Positions 23,761-37,211 of a stretch of 64,000 nucleotides of DNA are shown in pieces. The translations under genes were made by a program, and so were the position numbers. Source of the DNA: Amoebophrya sp. A120 (taxonomy: Eukaryota; Protista; Dinoflagellata); the NCBI GenBank assembly GCA_905178155.1, contig CAJINV010000018.1, positions 910,609-974,608 of the forward strand. The letters are read 5' to 3'. The number at the start of each line of letters is the position of its first letter. Positions within the stretch are counted from its first letter, which is position 1. A model generated the notes under the pieces. The model ran no database searches. It worked only from the letters and a program-made list of their open reading frames with translations, and was not told the origin of the DNA.

Positions 23761-26700
23761 TCAGTCACTTCCCCCGCCAGTTCTTCCCCGGCGCATCTTC
23801 TTGCGAGTGAGTTCCATCTCCTTTCCCGGCACCTTGCACATCTCCCGCAGCAGGCTATGCAAACGAACGGTGGAAAGTCGTAAGTTCAGCTTCAGAGTAC
23901 TACTTGGAGGTAATTTCTAATGCATAGAACAAACCTACTACTTGCGCCCTCAGTGACCTTCCAACGCGTTCGGCGAATCAGAAGTTTATTTTACAAAAAA
24001 TTAAAATGCCCGCGCTCGCGCAACAGAAATAATTTTTTCCAAGCTCACGACTTTCCCCCTGTCGCTTTTCACCAGATACGGATGCTCCGCTTCGGTGTCC
24101 TTTGTGGGCCCATCAAACCGCATCTTCAGTTCGTTCACCTCGCTCTGCAACTTGCCCTTCAGCGCGATACTGAAGTGCTTCTGGTAGAGTTCAAAGTTGT
24201 TCTTGATCCGGTGCTCGGATATCCATTCGTCAAAGCTGTAGTACTTGATGGTAGCGGCCTGCTCTTCGGCGGTAGGAACTCGCACTCGGTCCAGATCCGG
24301 CGGCTTTTGCAACATCATTCCCACTTTACCTGATCAAGAATTACGATTGTATCCGAATCATGTGTTTGATTGATATTTCATTTTCAGGCTTCGACAGTTA
24401 CATGTTATTTCCATGTCCATGTAGATACTTAGGTATTTTACATAGTCGCAATGAAAGACAACCTCTTTACTTTTCATTTTCTTGCTCCCCTTCTTGACCT
24501 TTTCCGTGTCAATTCTCCAGACCAAATTTCTGCAGCGCTGTTTCATTGCCTGAGATATCAAATGCAAAAATGTCTGGGTCTGGAAAAGTTCAAACTTGTC
24601 ATGCAGATTTTCCATGACCCGTGAAGTCTGGAATGCGGGACTTAGCATGACAGACATTCTGTGAGATCCCTATCATGCCTATCCTGCATGAGAAACTCCC
24701 TTCCAACTTGGCCAAAAGTGGACAGCTTTTGGCACTCATGCAACACAGATTTTTGCATGCTTCAGATTTACCATGACAAGTTGCCACCTCCCAGACCCAG
24801 ACATTTTTACAGTTGATATGAGACGCCGCGGCGCTTGGCAGTGCCATGTCGCCCCAGATCATGTCGATGGTGCCATCCGCAGTCGGGTACCCACCGTGTT
24901 TGGGTTCCATGTCGTTATCGGGCAGGATAAATTTCACAAAGTCCAGGTTTTTCTTATCGTTCACTTGTATGGGACTCTCAATTGTTACGTTCTCAACTGT
25001 TACATGAATTTGTCATGCAAAAGTACCTTGAGCCGGCAGATTATCGAGCTGCTTCGCATGACAAATTTCGGAAGGGCTAGACAGCATCTAAATCTGCGCC
25101 AATCTTGTAATGCAAAAGGCGCAACCTTCCTCCTTTCACTTTTGCCAGTCTTGCATTACAAATTTATGTAACAGCTGAGAATGTAACATTTGAGAACTCC
25201 ATAACCTCCAGACTGCCCTTGGAGCTTGCGTCCTTCAGCTTTTTCAAAAAGTCGCAGGTGGGCGTTGGGACACTGTTCAGGAGAACGTCTTATGAATTGC
25301 AAAAGTGTCTGGGTCTGGGAGATTGCGAGACTTGTCATGCTAGTCTGGCATAACTCTGAACTCTGTATTGCGTGTCCGCGAAGAGGTCCTCTTGTCTGGC
25401 ATGCAAAGACGCAGTTTCTCATGCGGGACACGCATCTCACTCTGAACCACGGAAAAACTTGTCATGCTGGGGAGCGCATTACAGTGTGCTCACTATTCCC
25501 TTTCTTGCATCACAAGTTTCCAGACCCAGAAATTTTTGCACTTCATACGTCTCCTCTCGCTTTGCCGTCCGCCAGCGCATCCTGCTCCCGCGCGCACTCG
25601 TTGTCGAGGAAATTCACGATGTAGTTGCGCACTTTGAGCGCGTTGGCGTCGTATGCGCACACCACTTCCGGGAAGACAAACCGCAGCCGGAGCGCGCACT
25701 GCATGTCCTGGTAGCGGTCAAACCCCGAGCCGCGCCAGATCAGACACGGATAGGCGCCGCTCGTGGGAAAGACCGCGTGGACGGCGTGCTGCATGGCGAT
25801 TATCAGGGGGCAGTTTGGATCCAAAAACTCCTCCTCCGTGAGAAACAGGCTCGGGTCGCTGTGCTTGTAGTTGATAATGAAATCAAAGTAGAACCGGAAC
25901 GCGCCGTCGGCCCGCATTTTCTCGCGGATTGGCAAACCGATGCGCAACAGGTCATAGGTGCCTTTCATGGTCTCCCACAGAAGGTCCAACTGGCCAAGCG
26001 TATCCCACGAGAAAATTGCTTTTTCACTGTGACGATGTTTTGCAAGATCTTTCTCGCAAATTTACACGAAACTTAACATTTGCCATGCGCGCTTCCCGAG
26101 GGAAAACACGCCTGAAAAACCAATGCCGTGCAGGTGTAGCAAGACCAACCCTTTGGTCGTGTTTCGCTTTTCGCATCACAAGTTCACAGTGAAACAGTTT
26201 TTTCTTGCGATAAACCGGTACGTAGATGTAATCTTCCAACCCGCGGCAGTTGACATTGCTCAACCCAAACAGGTGCGAAAACCAGTCCCACCGCAGCATG
26301 ATTTTGTGTGTGTTTTTGTTGATACCATTCTCGTCGATGTCCTGCCTGTGTTCCCCGAACCGCGTTAACTGGTCGTAGATTCGCGTCAGGGCCGCGCAGT
26401 CGCAGGTTTCGTAGGGCAGGCATTGGTCCTCCTCCTCGGGCTTCGCGAAGTCATTCAGCCGCTTCTCTAAATAGCCGAGATCGAACCCGTGGTAGGCTGA
26501 CAGCGCGAGCAGCAACCGTCGGCCCTGCACCTGCTTCGGCGATAGCGTCACCAGCTTGTAGTCGCTGGTCAGCGCCACCCGGCGGTCTTGGAGCACAATG
26601 TCCTTCGCCGCTTCCGTGTGCCCCCGCCGGTTCTCGGAATAGTAATCGGAGTCCTTCAGTGCCGGCTTGCCGCCGTCGAGCACCACGTACCAAGGGCATT

Positions 26701-29163
26701 CCCGGAAAAAGTCATCCTCGAGCTCCTTCTTCTCCCGCTGTTTCGCCTGCCGTTCGCGCTCGGTCAAAACCGTTGTAGTAGTACCAGCACCACCCGCGCT
26801 TTTACTATTCTTCTCCTGTCGTGCATTGATGTTCAAGGCGTCCACAAGCTGTCTGCGCTTGTCCGTGTGCTCCTGGATCTCCGTCTTGAAGACCAGGTTG
26901 ACTAACTCGTCGTTGCACGTGGTGTGGTCCTTATTCAACACGTTTCCGCGCTCGTCAACGCCGTACACCGTCTTCAAGAAGCTGGACGCCCCCGGCCCGG
27001 TTTTATTACAGTGAAAAATGCCCCCCACCCCTGAAATTGTAGAAATTTGTGATGCGAAGTTTCCAAATGAAAACCTTTTGTCATGCGTGAAAGGAGTATG
27101 AATCTTTCTGATGCAGAGTCTGGGCGTATATCGCATCGCTTGCATGACAAGCGCCGCTCTTGCTGGGGTCTTTTGCAATACAAATTTTTGCTATTCACGA
27201 TGGGAAAACTGCCATGCTGATAGATGCAAGAGGGCGAGTGTTTCATTTGGAAAGGTTTGCAATACAAATGTTCCCAACTTCGGGGGTGGGGGCATTTTTC
27301 ATTGTAATAGGTTTTCTCTTTCCTCCGTTCCTCCGCTAAAAACTGCTCGATCGCGAACTGCTCGTATCAAATGCAAATATGTCTGGGTCTGGAAGGTTGG
27401 AACTTGTAATGCTAGCATTCCATACCTAGGAAATCTGTATTGCATAACCAACAAAAGTCGCAGCCTCTTCTGGACATGCAAGCACACGGATTCTCATGCG
27501 GATTGCCTATGAGAAAGCGTTACGGAAAGTTGTCATGCTAGATGGCATGCGGAATTGTTTCCATCAGCCACATTTTAGCATCACAAGTTTGAGTTTCCAG
27601 ACCCAGACGTATTTGTATTTCATAGCTCGTACTCAAAGGCAAAGTGCGTGCCTCCGCGGTTCCTCAGATTCTCGACGAAAGGCTTCAGCTCCTCAATCCG
27701 GCACGCGGCTGTAATAGTTCTTGCAGTTGTAGGTATAATTTCCGTGCCCGTGGTCCCGCTCCCGGCGGCAGGAGCCTCACGTGATAATAACTCTTCTTGC
27801 AGTGCTTGCAAATGGCTTTCCCAAATTTCCAAATCGGCCGCGGCAGAAGAGTTGTTGGTACTATTGCTAACGAAATTCTCTGGGTAGCCGCGACCAAGAC
27901 CGCATTTGTTCGTTTCATCCACCTCCTCGGCTCGAGGTTTCCACTTTTGCAAATCCGCGAGTTGTATCTTGGAAGCTGCGCTTTTGGCAGTTTTGGCGTC
28001 CGCCCCGTAGGCTTGTGCTCGGCTCCGAGCGTCCTGCGCCTTGTTCCGGCGTTCCATCATGTTCGGGGTAACTAGCGGATCTTTGCCCTTGCTCGGCAGA
28101 GTGGTCGTGGTCTCCTGCTGGTTCGAAGAACAAGAAGAGGAACTAGTACCATGTGTATGTGATTTTTTATCTTCTTGTTCTACTTGTTTCGACGGCGGGG
28201 CGCGCTTTTTTGTAGAAGAGGAGGAGGACGTCGATGATTTATTTTCAGAAGATTCTGCATTTATTTTCAAGCCAAAAAACTCGTTCCACTTTCCCACTTG
28301 CTTCTGGTCTCCCCTACCGCGTCCTTTCCGGCCGTATTTCTCGTCTTCCTGAAAGCCGCCCTTCTTCATGACAGCGCTTTTGTCCTTGTCTAGACACTCC
28401 TTGTGCACAATATTCGATAGGGTCTTCAATTTCGTCTTTGCCCGACCCGTACCCTCAGGATCCAGCGAGTCCTGGATCTCTCTCCGGACGGTCTCCAGCG
28501 TAACACTTCGCTTCACTTCCCTATCGCAGGAAAAAAGTGCATTTGTTGCAATTTCAGCATCACAAAGTTGCTCTGCATGATGGCGAAGAAAACGTGCTAT
28601 GCGCAGACTATAGGGGAAAAGGAAAACGAAAACACGAATGAAATGAGGCTGGCAAGCATTTCCTGCATGACAGAGGTTCTGTCTTAGTCTTGCTTGTCTT
28701 CCATCAGTGGAGTGTGTAACTGTAACACTTTTTTCTCAGGATAGTCCCTCCACAGTTCCATGTTTCTCCTCCTTACCTCAGGGTCCTCCTTACCTCCCGG
28801 TTGCTCCTCCTCTCGGTACTTTTCCTTCTGCCTCTCCCTGACAATAGCGTCCATGATCCACTTGTGCACGGGGAGTGTGTCGTCCAATTCCCCCCAGTCA
28901 AGGTTGTTTTCCTCGGAGGCTAGCCTTTTGCTTTCCTCGCTCCAGGGTGCGGGGTTTTTCAGGATCGTCGGGCTCTTGTTTCTACTTTTGTGCGGCACCT
29001 CGATCTCCTTACGCACCCACAGCTTGTCGTCCTCGCTGTACCAGCGAAGGGTCGTTTCTTTGTTGGAGAGTTTCTCCTCTTTCTCCTCCAAAATCAATTT
29101 GCTGGTCGGGGTCATGTCCCCCTTACCGCTACCCGCGGCGGTGTCGGCGGCGCGAGACGACAT
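23761..29163 (-). CDS. Hypothetical protein: low-complexity N-terminus plus degenerate archaeo-eukaryotic primase (AEP)-like domain
   Basis: Seven introners plus probable GT-AG introns at the 3' end. Spliced region reads THKIM...YIYVPLGQLDLLWETMKGTYDLLRIGLPIREKMRADGAFRFYFDF...LRLRFVFPEVV. Domain call is by pattern recall only. Confidence 0.55.
24556..24818. mobile_element. Introner, family A
   Basis: TIR; DR tgaga. Confidence 0.93.
24968..25203. mobile_element. Introner, family E
   Basis: About 45-bp TIR; DR acttg/acctc. Confidence 0.85.
25291..25547. mobile_element. Introner, family A
   Basis: TIR; DR cgtct. Confidence 0.92.
26001..26212. mobile_element. Introner, family H
   Basis: tatcccacgagaaaa..tttcactgtga / tcacagtgaaacagttttttcttgcgata; DR aagcg/aaccg. 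Confidence 0.86.
27004..27309. mobile_element. Introner, family F
   Basis: tattacagtgaaaaatgccccccacccctgaa TIR; DR ggttt. Confidence 0.93.
27365..27624. mobile_element. Introner, family A
   Basis: TIR; DR gctcg; close relative of 56349-56602. Confidence 0.92.
28522..28743. mobile_element. Introner, family D
   Basis: TIR; DR ttccc/gtccc. Confidence 0.86.
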
Positions 29164-30316
29164 TTCTTTTCAAACAGACGGTCGTGGCAGCGCTTTGTTG
29201 TTCTCCTTTATGTGTAAGTAGTTTCTTTCGTGAGAACAAAGTTACATACTAGGCCGCAGTACCACAAAAATATCTATATCGGCGGAGCGGTTTCTATGAA
29301 AGTCACCGGGTCAGTCCTTTTTTTTTGTCTTGTTCGCAGCAGGAACTCGAACTGCTTGTCGTTGATCTTACTAAGTCATGCTTTATTTTACACTTACTAT
29401 TGCGTCGCTACCTACTTACGTTCTTACTGTTACTTTTGATTCCAAGGTCGAAAGTATGCTGTGCGTGACTGAGGAACATCGATCTGTCGCTTCAAAAACT
29501 GAAAGGAAAAAACCCACATGATTGACGAAAAGAAAGTGACGGTCCAGATTGATCTTCTATCTTGGTTGCTGATGAAGTTGCACAGCGCACCCGCGTGAAA
29601 AAGAATCGTCAAAACAAGGGCGGACTTTGTTGAATTTCTTTCTAACACACGTCAGGAACAGGACAAAGCTTCTACTGTCGCTCCAGAAGCTTACTTTCGA
29701 TAGTACTTCGCACCACGAGCGAATTTTCACGTGCTTGAAATTACCCTCCTGATCATAGTACTGTGAAACTGAAAACAGCAGCAGTGCGGTAAACATTCAT
29801 AGAGACGAGGCAGTGTTTGATATTAACTGTCTGCCTTTCACTGTCTCCTTTTCACTATCTCCATTCGTACGAGGGCAACAACGCACGCGAGGACAAGCAT
29901 TCTCTTATTATTTCATCTCCATTTTCTTCACAACATTCGCTTTTCGCAGACACCAGCATTTCATCATCAAACAGGCCCGCATACAAATGATGCAGTTTAC
30001 AGATAACTAATTAGCACAGCTGATAGGCAGGAGATTTTCAATGCTGCGCGACTACCTAGCACAGTACTTTCATATTTTCCGAAAAACAATAATCGTTTAA
30101 AATAAGGATCTTTTTTCCCTTTTAGCGTTAGGACATGCTGATGCACGTCCATGTGGACGCACGCGCTATTAGATTTAGAAGCAATAGCAAAATCAAACTT
30201 AAACATTAAACAGAAGCAAAATTGAATCTCGGTCCTCGAAGAGTCAACGCCGATGGTGTATTTCCGGAGTTAAGTATCTTCCGGACGCGTTATGCGCTGT
30301 TTCGAAAAGAAATGCG

Positions 30317-33300
30317 TCATGCAAAGAGGTATGGATAGTGCGTCACTATCATTTTCATCAGGGTCTGATTCTCCAAAAACTGTATGTGCGCCGCCCGGCC
30401 TATGATGCTGTCTAGCGACTGCTCCGCGATGAAAAAGTTCACGTTGAGGCGCAGCAGCTTCTCCGGCTTCACTTTCTGCAGCAGATTCCGGGCCATTTCC
30501 TCGGTCAAAAGCTCGATTTCCGTCCGGGGGTCTTCTTCTTCTACAACTCGTGGTTCATCTGGGCCGACAGAAGTCGCAGTAGGTGGCGTTCCAACCGGTA
30601 TGGCCAGGTGCGGCTGGAGATCATCTACTCTGCGGTCGATGTCATTCGAAAGATCTGGATCATTTGTTTGACCATCTTGATGCGCCCGATGATTTGACGT
30701 ACCAGAAGCTTGCTGTTGCTGAGCTCTTGTGCTTGTCCTCGCACTGGTATAATTATCTGTTTGTTCAACCCCGGGCGGAGGCGGCGGCACTTCGCATCTC
30801 GCCGACTCGTACGGACTGTATTGGTCTTGCTTCGAAGACAGAAACACCACGTGCTTGAACAGCTCCAGGCTGCTGTGCAAGGAGAGCTGGTACAAAAAGC
30901 TGTTGCGCAAAATGTTCATGGTGGGAGTACTTCTTCTACTAGAGAACGCGGAAAAACTACCTTGAAGATGTTGTCCTTCCCCTGTTCTTCTTCTTCTACT
31001 TGCGGTTTCTGCTTTAGTATGCTGCTCTTGGAGGTCATCAACATCGTCATCATGATTCATCTGTAAGAGATGACCACGATCAGTAGCTCTACTAGAGTGA
31101 TGATCGACTTTCAGATTGTAATCGTCGGAGAGACTGAGTTGTCTGAGGGCCTCGCTCTGCCGCCACTTCTTGAGCACCCACACGCCGGCTTCCACCAGGC
31201 GGTTCTGGCCCGTGTAGTTTAATCCCAGATGCATCGTCGACAGTGAAATGTAGGAATGGAACGACCTCCCGTACTTGTGGCGCAACAGCGGGATGGCCGA
31301 CCGTATGATCAACCCACCCATGCTGTGCCCGACGAAGGATAGTCGGTCGGTATGACAGTACACAACGCCACCTCCCCTTTATTTGCAGCCATGCAAAACC
31401 CCAAATCCAGTCGCTGCCCTGTGGCGCTGTTTGCATGACAAATTCCGGAAGCCCAAACAGTACTACATCAACATCAGGTACAGAAATGTGTCATGCATAG
31501 GCTCCACACGTGCTGGTGTTTGTATTGCTGTTCATGCCATACAAATGAGGGGGAGGGGGTGGAGTTATGCACTCTCATAGTCGGGGATGCCGCCGCAGTT
31601 GTCGCAGGCGAACGAGTCCACTTCCTCAAACAACCGTTCCCCCATCGCGCTGATGTCTCCCTCGGTTTGGTCCTCGTTCGAGCTCGAACAGAGGAAGAAC
31701 ACCTCCGGAAACTGCACCACGATGGCGTTCTTGATCATCCGCAAATCGTAGGGATTACCGTGGAGTCCGTGCACCAGGACGATCAAGTGCGAACCCGCGG
31801 GCGGGAGGGGGGACGAGTGGTGCAAGTGGAAGTCGGAGAAGCTGTAGTTGGTTGTGTTCTTTTCGGACATCATTTCGGACGTGCTACTAGTGCTCCTCTC
31901 GGGCTGTGCGATATTGTCAGCGGAGACAAATAGCGCATCGCTCACCATGTTTTCGTGGCGTTGCACCCGTGACGAGGAGGCGGTTTCTTGCTTGTCCCCA
32001 TGATGTCTTAATGTCTTTTCGGTATCCAGATTCACCGCTCCCCCGTGAAGATCATAGTCGTCGTCGAGAAGCGCCGCGGCGCGGTGGGAGCCGTCTTGAT
32101 GCAGTAGTTTTGGGTCTTCGTGTGAACGAGGTTGTAACATGTTCATCTCTCGGAGACCAACTTCTCCTTCTCGCTGGTCTGATACTACCCTTTTCGTCGT
32201 CTGACGAGATTGAACCTGCTCTCCTGTAGACGTCGAAATGGCGTCAAGCAATTCCTTCGCAGACGTGCCAAGAAAGCTGTGGTCTGAGGAAGTAGCAGCA
32301 GTTGCTGGCTCCACATTCTTTGACTTTGTGGTCTTCCCGCTTGTACGATCATGATCTACAACTTCCGAGTCATCTGGTACTGCTTGTGTCCCACTCCCAA
32401 CTTCCTCGTCTTTCAAAGTATCACCTGCTTCACTTTGTTTCGTCGCTCCCCGCACTCGACTAGACCCCGCCGCACCGTCGCCGACCAGAACCACGCTGTC
32501 AGGATTGATGTTTTTATCACGCGCCGCAGCGTGGTCTGTAATGCTTCCTGCGTCTTCTTCGTGTCTTCCGTCCACCCGTGCCGTCTCTTCTTCAGCCGCG
32601 TGTCCTGCCCGGTCTACTACTTGATCTTCTCCGCCGTCTCCTCGCGCAACCTTCCTTTTCGGTCTGGCGGACCCAGAGGTCGTGTTCTGGTCAGCGGAAA
32701 TTATCTCCGAAAGAACTTCTGCTGCTGCTGGTGTTGTACTAGAAGTTCTTTCGTCTACTTTTGCTGCACTACTTGTAGCTTCCGGTATTGTCGTGACGGC
32801 AGCTGGATTATGAATGTGGCTGTACGAAGCACCAGCAGCACTCGGCGCCGTGCTGTAGTTTTTAGTACTTCTAGTATTATTCGCCGCGGCCGGAGTCGAG
32901 TTGTTGCTGGAGGTCGTTGTCGTGTTGTGCGTGAAGAGAAAATCCGTCCTCGCGGGGCTGGCCAAACTTGTGAGCGACCGATTCTTTCCATGGTCAAAGG
33001 TGATCGGAGAACTCACGGATTTCACCACTGGCGTTCGCACCACGGACGCAGAGGAGGAGGAGGACGCAGTCATCATGTTGCCCCCGTGCCCGTGCTGGAT
33101 CACTTGAGTCACGCTGTGGTCGTCGATGGTATTATTGCAGTCGCTAGAAGAAATAATTTTATTTCGCATACTAGTTTCGGTTTCGGATTCGTCCGAGTGG
33201 GCGTTTAACATTTTTCTAGACGCAGGATCTTGCAATGCGCGACCACCGTCTTGACCGTTCGCTGCCCGCTGCAAGAGACTGCTGCTTCTCGTTTGCCGGT

Positions 33301-36300
33301 AATACCTGAAGAGGTTATTTGATGCACGTGCCATTTTTCCTTCTTCAACAAACTTCATTGGTTCGCAGTCGCAAACTACGGGCAGCTCGGGTTTAAGTAG
33401 AGCTACTACCTCGGGCAAAAATCGTCATCATGTCTTAGTTCTTAGTGCATCTTGCAGCTATCATGCTCTCCAAGTAGTACCTCTGCTCAAAAATCAGTGG
33501 GTGTCCCAGTGAATTCGAAAACGACAAGTCGTCAATTTGGAACTCCGACGGCACTGCGGGGTCCCTCTGCGCCAACTGTTGCCGCTTTTGCTCCACGAAA
33601 CTTTCCGCCTCGGTCTCGTCATCTAAGGCGCTGGGTCGCACGTGCCACAGCTCCAATTTTGCGGCTCTTCTTGCCGGGCTGCTGCATGTCGAACGAAGAT
33701 TTCTGTCTTGGCGGTCATCCAAGACCAAGTTTTCGCCGTTGTCGTTAATAGAATTCCCCGCCTTCTTCCCGCTTGATGAAGATGTTGATGCCCTATCTAA
33801 ACCACTTTCTCCGAAGATTTCCACGTCCTCCCGAAAGACGCGATTGGCCCAGAATTATCGTAAAGAAAAATCACCCCTCCCCATATCGAAAAGGTACGTC
33901 GCAGAAAATTTGTATTATGCTGATTTGCGACCACAAATCATCTCTGTCTTGCAAGGCAGCAATTCCACAGGCTCCCCCGCATTATGGAGGCGGATTGTGA
34001 TGCGGTTTGGCCTACAGCGCAGACGTTTCTTATGCTAAGCGCCTAGACCAAAACCTCGTTACTCAGGCTTGATGTAGGCCTGCCGTCCCGTTCAGCAAGA
34101 CAAATCTGATTTGTGTACGCAAATCCAGAATCACAGACTTCGTTTCGATATGGGAAGGGGGGATTTTTCCTCTCAATAAGAATTTTCGAATGTTCGCCGC
34201 ATGGATGGTCTGGAGAAAGCTGAAGATCTTGTAATTATAGTGCGGCACTTTGGACAAAAAATGGTCGTATATATGCATTGCAAAAGCAGCGCGCCTAGCA
34301 TGATCTGCAATACAAATTTTGTCAACCAGAAACATGCAGTTTGTCATGCTGGATCAGGTACTAGAGAATGAGACTTGTCATGCAAAACTGCAAGAAGCTG
34401 AAGCACTACAAGCACGCTCACGCTGCTTTTGCATTGGATAGTACCAAAGCGTCGACAGTTTCTGTCGGAGCGCATCCAGCTCGACAAGGTTATCACAGTG
34501 AAAAATGCCCCCCACCCCTGAAATTGCAAGAATCTGTGATGCGAAGTTTCCAAATGAAAGCTTTTTGTCATGCATGAAAGGAGTACGAATCTTTCTGATG
34601 CAGATTCTAGTCGTGTTTCGCATCGCTTGCATGACAAGCGCCGCTCTTGCTGGGATCTTTTGCAATACAAATTTTTGCTATTCACGATCGGAAATCTGTG
34701 ATGCTGATACACGCAAGAGGGCGAATGTTTCATTTGGAAAGATTTGCAATACAAATGCTTTCAAGTTCGGGGGTGGGGGCATTTTTCATTGTAATAAAGG
34801 TCCTCTTTTCTCCTCTTCGCCGCTAATGCTCGCTGCGTTCCTCTCGCATTTCCATCAACATCATGTTCTTCTTGCTGCCTAGAATGAGTACTAGTACCAC
34901 CACCATTGTAAAATTGTCGGTCCTCCTCCTCCTCCTGGCTGGAAAACGTCAAATTGTGCTGTTCGTCCGGAATATGGTGGTCAAAAATCTCGCGATGATT
35001 TTCCACACGAAATAGAGAACTGCTCGTCGTCCCACTGGTCCCCCCCGCAGATGGGGATGAGTTCAGCGTTAAGCTGGCGCCCGACGCGAGGGAGGAGTCC
35101 GCTGCTGTGCTCTTCACCCGCATCAGATTTACCAATTGCTCGCCGCGGTTTTGGGCACTCGCTGTCGACCCGAGGGACAGAGTCCGCTGGTTGTTCACGT
35201 TCAGAAAATTTCGGCCTTTGGAGGAGGAAGAAGATGAACCTCCGTTTCTTGTCGCGGTAGAAGTTGTTCCAAGTAACCGGTGCGACACCTGCTCCAAGTG
35301 CTGCAGCGCGCTCTCCAGGATCAACTTTTCTCTACTGAGCTGCGCAGAGAAGGTTCTTGTTGTGTCGGCGGTAGTTGTACCTGAAGTTGTGGAATGTTCA
35401 GCGCTGCTACTAGCAGTGCCGGCTCTAATTGTTGTATTCTGTCCATTACCACCACTACCACCACCACCCGCTGCAACCGCGACGCTCAGTGCGTCGCAAA
35501 TTTCCCCGTCAGAGAAGAGTTTGTCCTGGCCCGCATTGCCGAGGAAGTTCTTGAAATTGGACGCGTTCTCGGCACTTTCGTCCTCCTCAATGACCAGACC
35601 GAAGCCGTTCCGCAGCCGTTTCCGCACGTCCACGGTGGCGGTGAAGAAATGCAAGCGGAGCAGGGAAAAATGGAACTCGTCAAACAAAACCGGCACAAAT
35701 TCCGGAAAATTGGTCGCGGAGTTCCAGTTCAACTTCAGCTTTCGCCTGGACACCGACTGAAATTCGATCAGGTCAGGGTCGATCCGCATTTCCGCCGCCG
35801 CCTCCGGCCCGCCGAGCGTGGTCAGGTCCGCGAAAAGAAGCTCAATCTCGATCGAAATCGGGTACGTGGCGGTGGATGTAGAAGGTCGTGCAGCTGGGGA
35901 AGATGAAGATGAGGAAGAACGCGGGTGTTCAACATCCTCTGCAGCCCCACGACTGTTGTAGTTCCCTTGCCTGTTCCTCACGTTGTCCTGCTCTCCAGTG
36001 TTGGTCGTGGTTCTTTCCCCAGCACCAGTACCTTTTCCAGCACCACCAGCTGTGGGCGGCTTGCTCCCCCGAGGACTAGTACAATCAGCAGCACGACGAC
36101 CCTGCTCAGGTGGATCAACATTCGCGGGTAGTTCGAGGCGAAACACCGCCCCCTCGTTTAACTCGACTTCTTCTTCGCAGTAGCGAATCAAAAACGCCTT
36201 CGACAAGTACGTCCCATAGTTGTGCTCGGTGTTTTGGAAAACCGTTGACGGGATCAGATTGGAAATTTCCAGCACTTCCTCCTCGTTGGACTGCTCGTCC

Positions 36301-37211
36301 GAGTCGTCGGCAGAGTTGTTTAGATTCTCCAAATATCAAATTCAAAAATGTCTGGGTCTGGAAGAATGCGCGATTTGTGATGCTGCTTTTCCATGACCCA
36401 TAAGGTCTGGAATGCAGGACCTAGCATGACAGACTCTGCGAGACCTTTCTAATGCCTATCCTGCATGAGAAACTACCTCCCGACTTGGTCAAAACTGGAC
36501 GACTTTTGGTAATCACGCAACACAGATTTTTGCATGCTGCAGATTTAGCATGACAAGTTGCAATCTTCCAGACCCAGACACTTTTACATTTGATACCAAA
36601 TTCAGCAACTTCGTCACCGAAGCGTAATTGACCAGTGTCAAAACCTTATCCGCATCCGCGTTCGACTCATCCAGAATATCGTGCGTGATTTCGTTGTAGT
36701 TCTTCGTACTTGATGTTCCTCCAAAGTTGGCATAATTATTACCGGCGTAATTATTACCTCCGCTCGTCCCAGCAGTGGCAGAAAATGCTGTTGATGATGA
36801 GTCAGCGCTATTTAATATTCCACCGCTCCTGCTCCCTGTGCCATAACTGGTGTAGCTGTCACCATGATCACCAAAGTGCTGCCGCAAATACCGTTCGTAG
36901 TAGACTTGGACATGCACACGGTACAGGCCCTGATGAAACAGATCGACGTTACGAAAGTCTTTCAAGTGCACGGCGATCTCACAAACCTCCGTCTCCATGC
37001 CGGCGCTTGGAAGCTCTAAATGGTGAGATGGACGCGAGGACGCTGAAGTCCTTGCGAGGGGTGATCCTGTTGCTCCTGGCCCACGCACTGTTGCTGAGGT
37101 TAGACCATGTTGAAGCTGCTGCCCGGACGAAGAGCTGGCGCTGGTGGGTAGCTGCAGTTTCTGTTGCTGGTCGGCAAAAAGTCCCGGAGGATCTTGGTGC
37201 ACTGCATCCAT
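30317..37211 (-). CDS. FAM135/DUF676 alpha/beta-hydrolase (lipase-like) protein, paralogue 2
   Basis: FRNVDLFHQGLY, FLIRYCEEEVEL, LIVLVHGLHGNPYD, LSFVGHSMGGLIIR, DQYSPYESAR, GRAAHIQFLEN; five introners plus GT-AG intron 33306-33480; start codon tentative. Confidence 0.85.
31351..31579. mobile_element. Introner, family J
   Basis: TIR; DR gtcgg; removal joins GGIPD|RLSFVGHSMGG. Confidence 0.9.
33856..34178. mobile_element. Introner, family G
   Basis: tatcgtaaagaaaaatcacccctccccatatcgaa TIR; DR agaat. Confidence 0.92.
34272..34440. mobile_element. Introner, family B-like
   Basis: tatgcattgcaaaagcagcg / cgctgcttttgcattggata; DR gtata/gtacc. Confidence 0.8.
34491..34796. mobile_element. Introner, family F
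   Basis: TIR; DR aaggt; very similar to 27004-27309. Confidence 0.93.
36334..36595. mobile_element. Introner, family A
   Basis: TIR; DR ccaaa. Confidence 0.93.
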
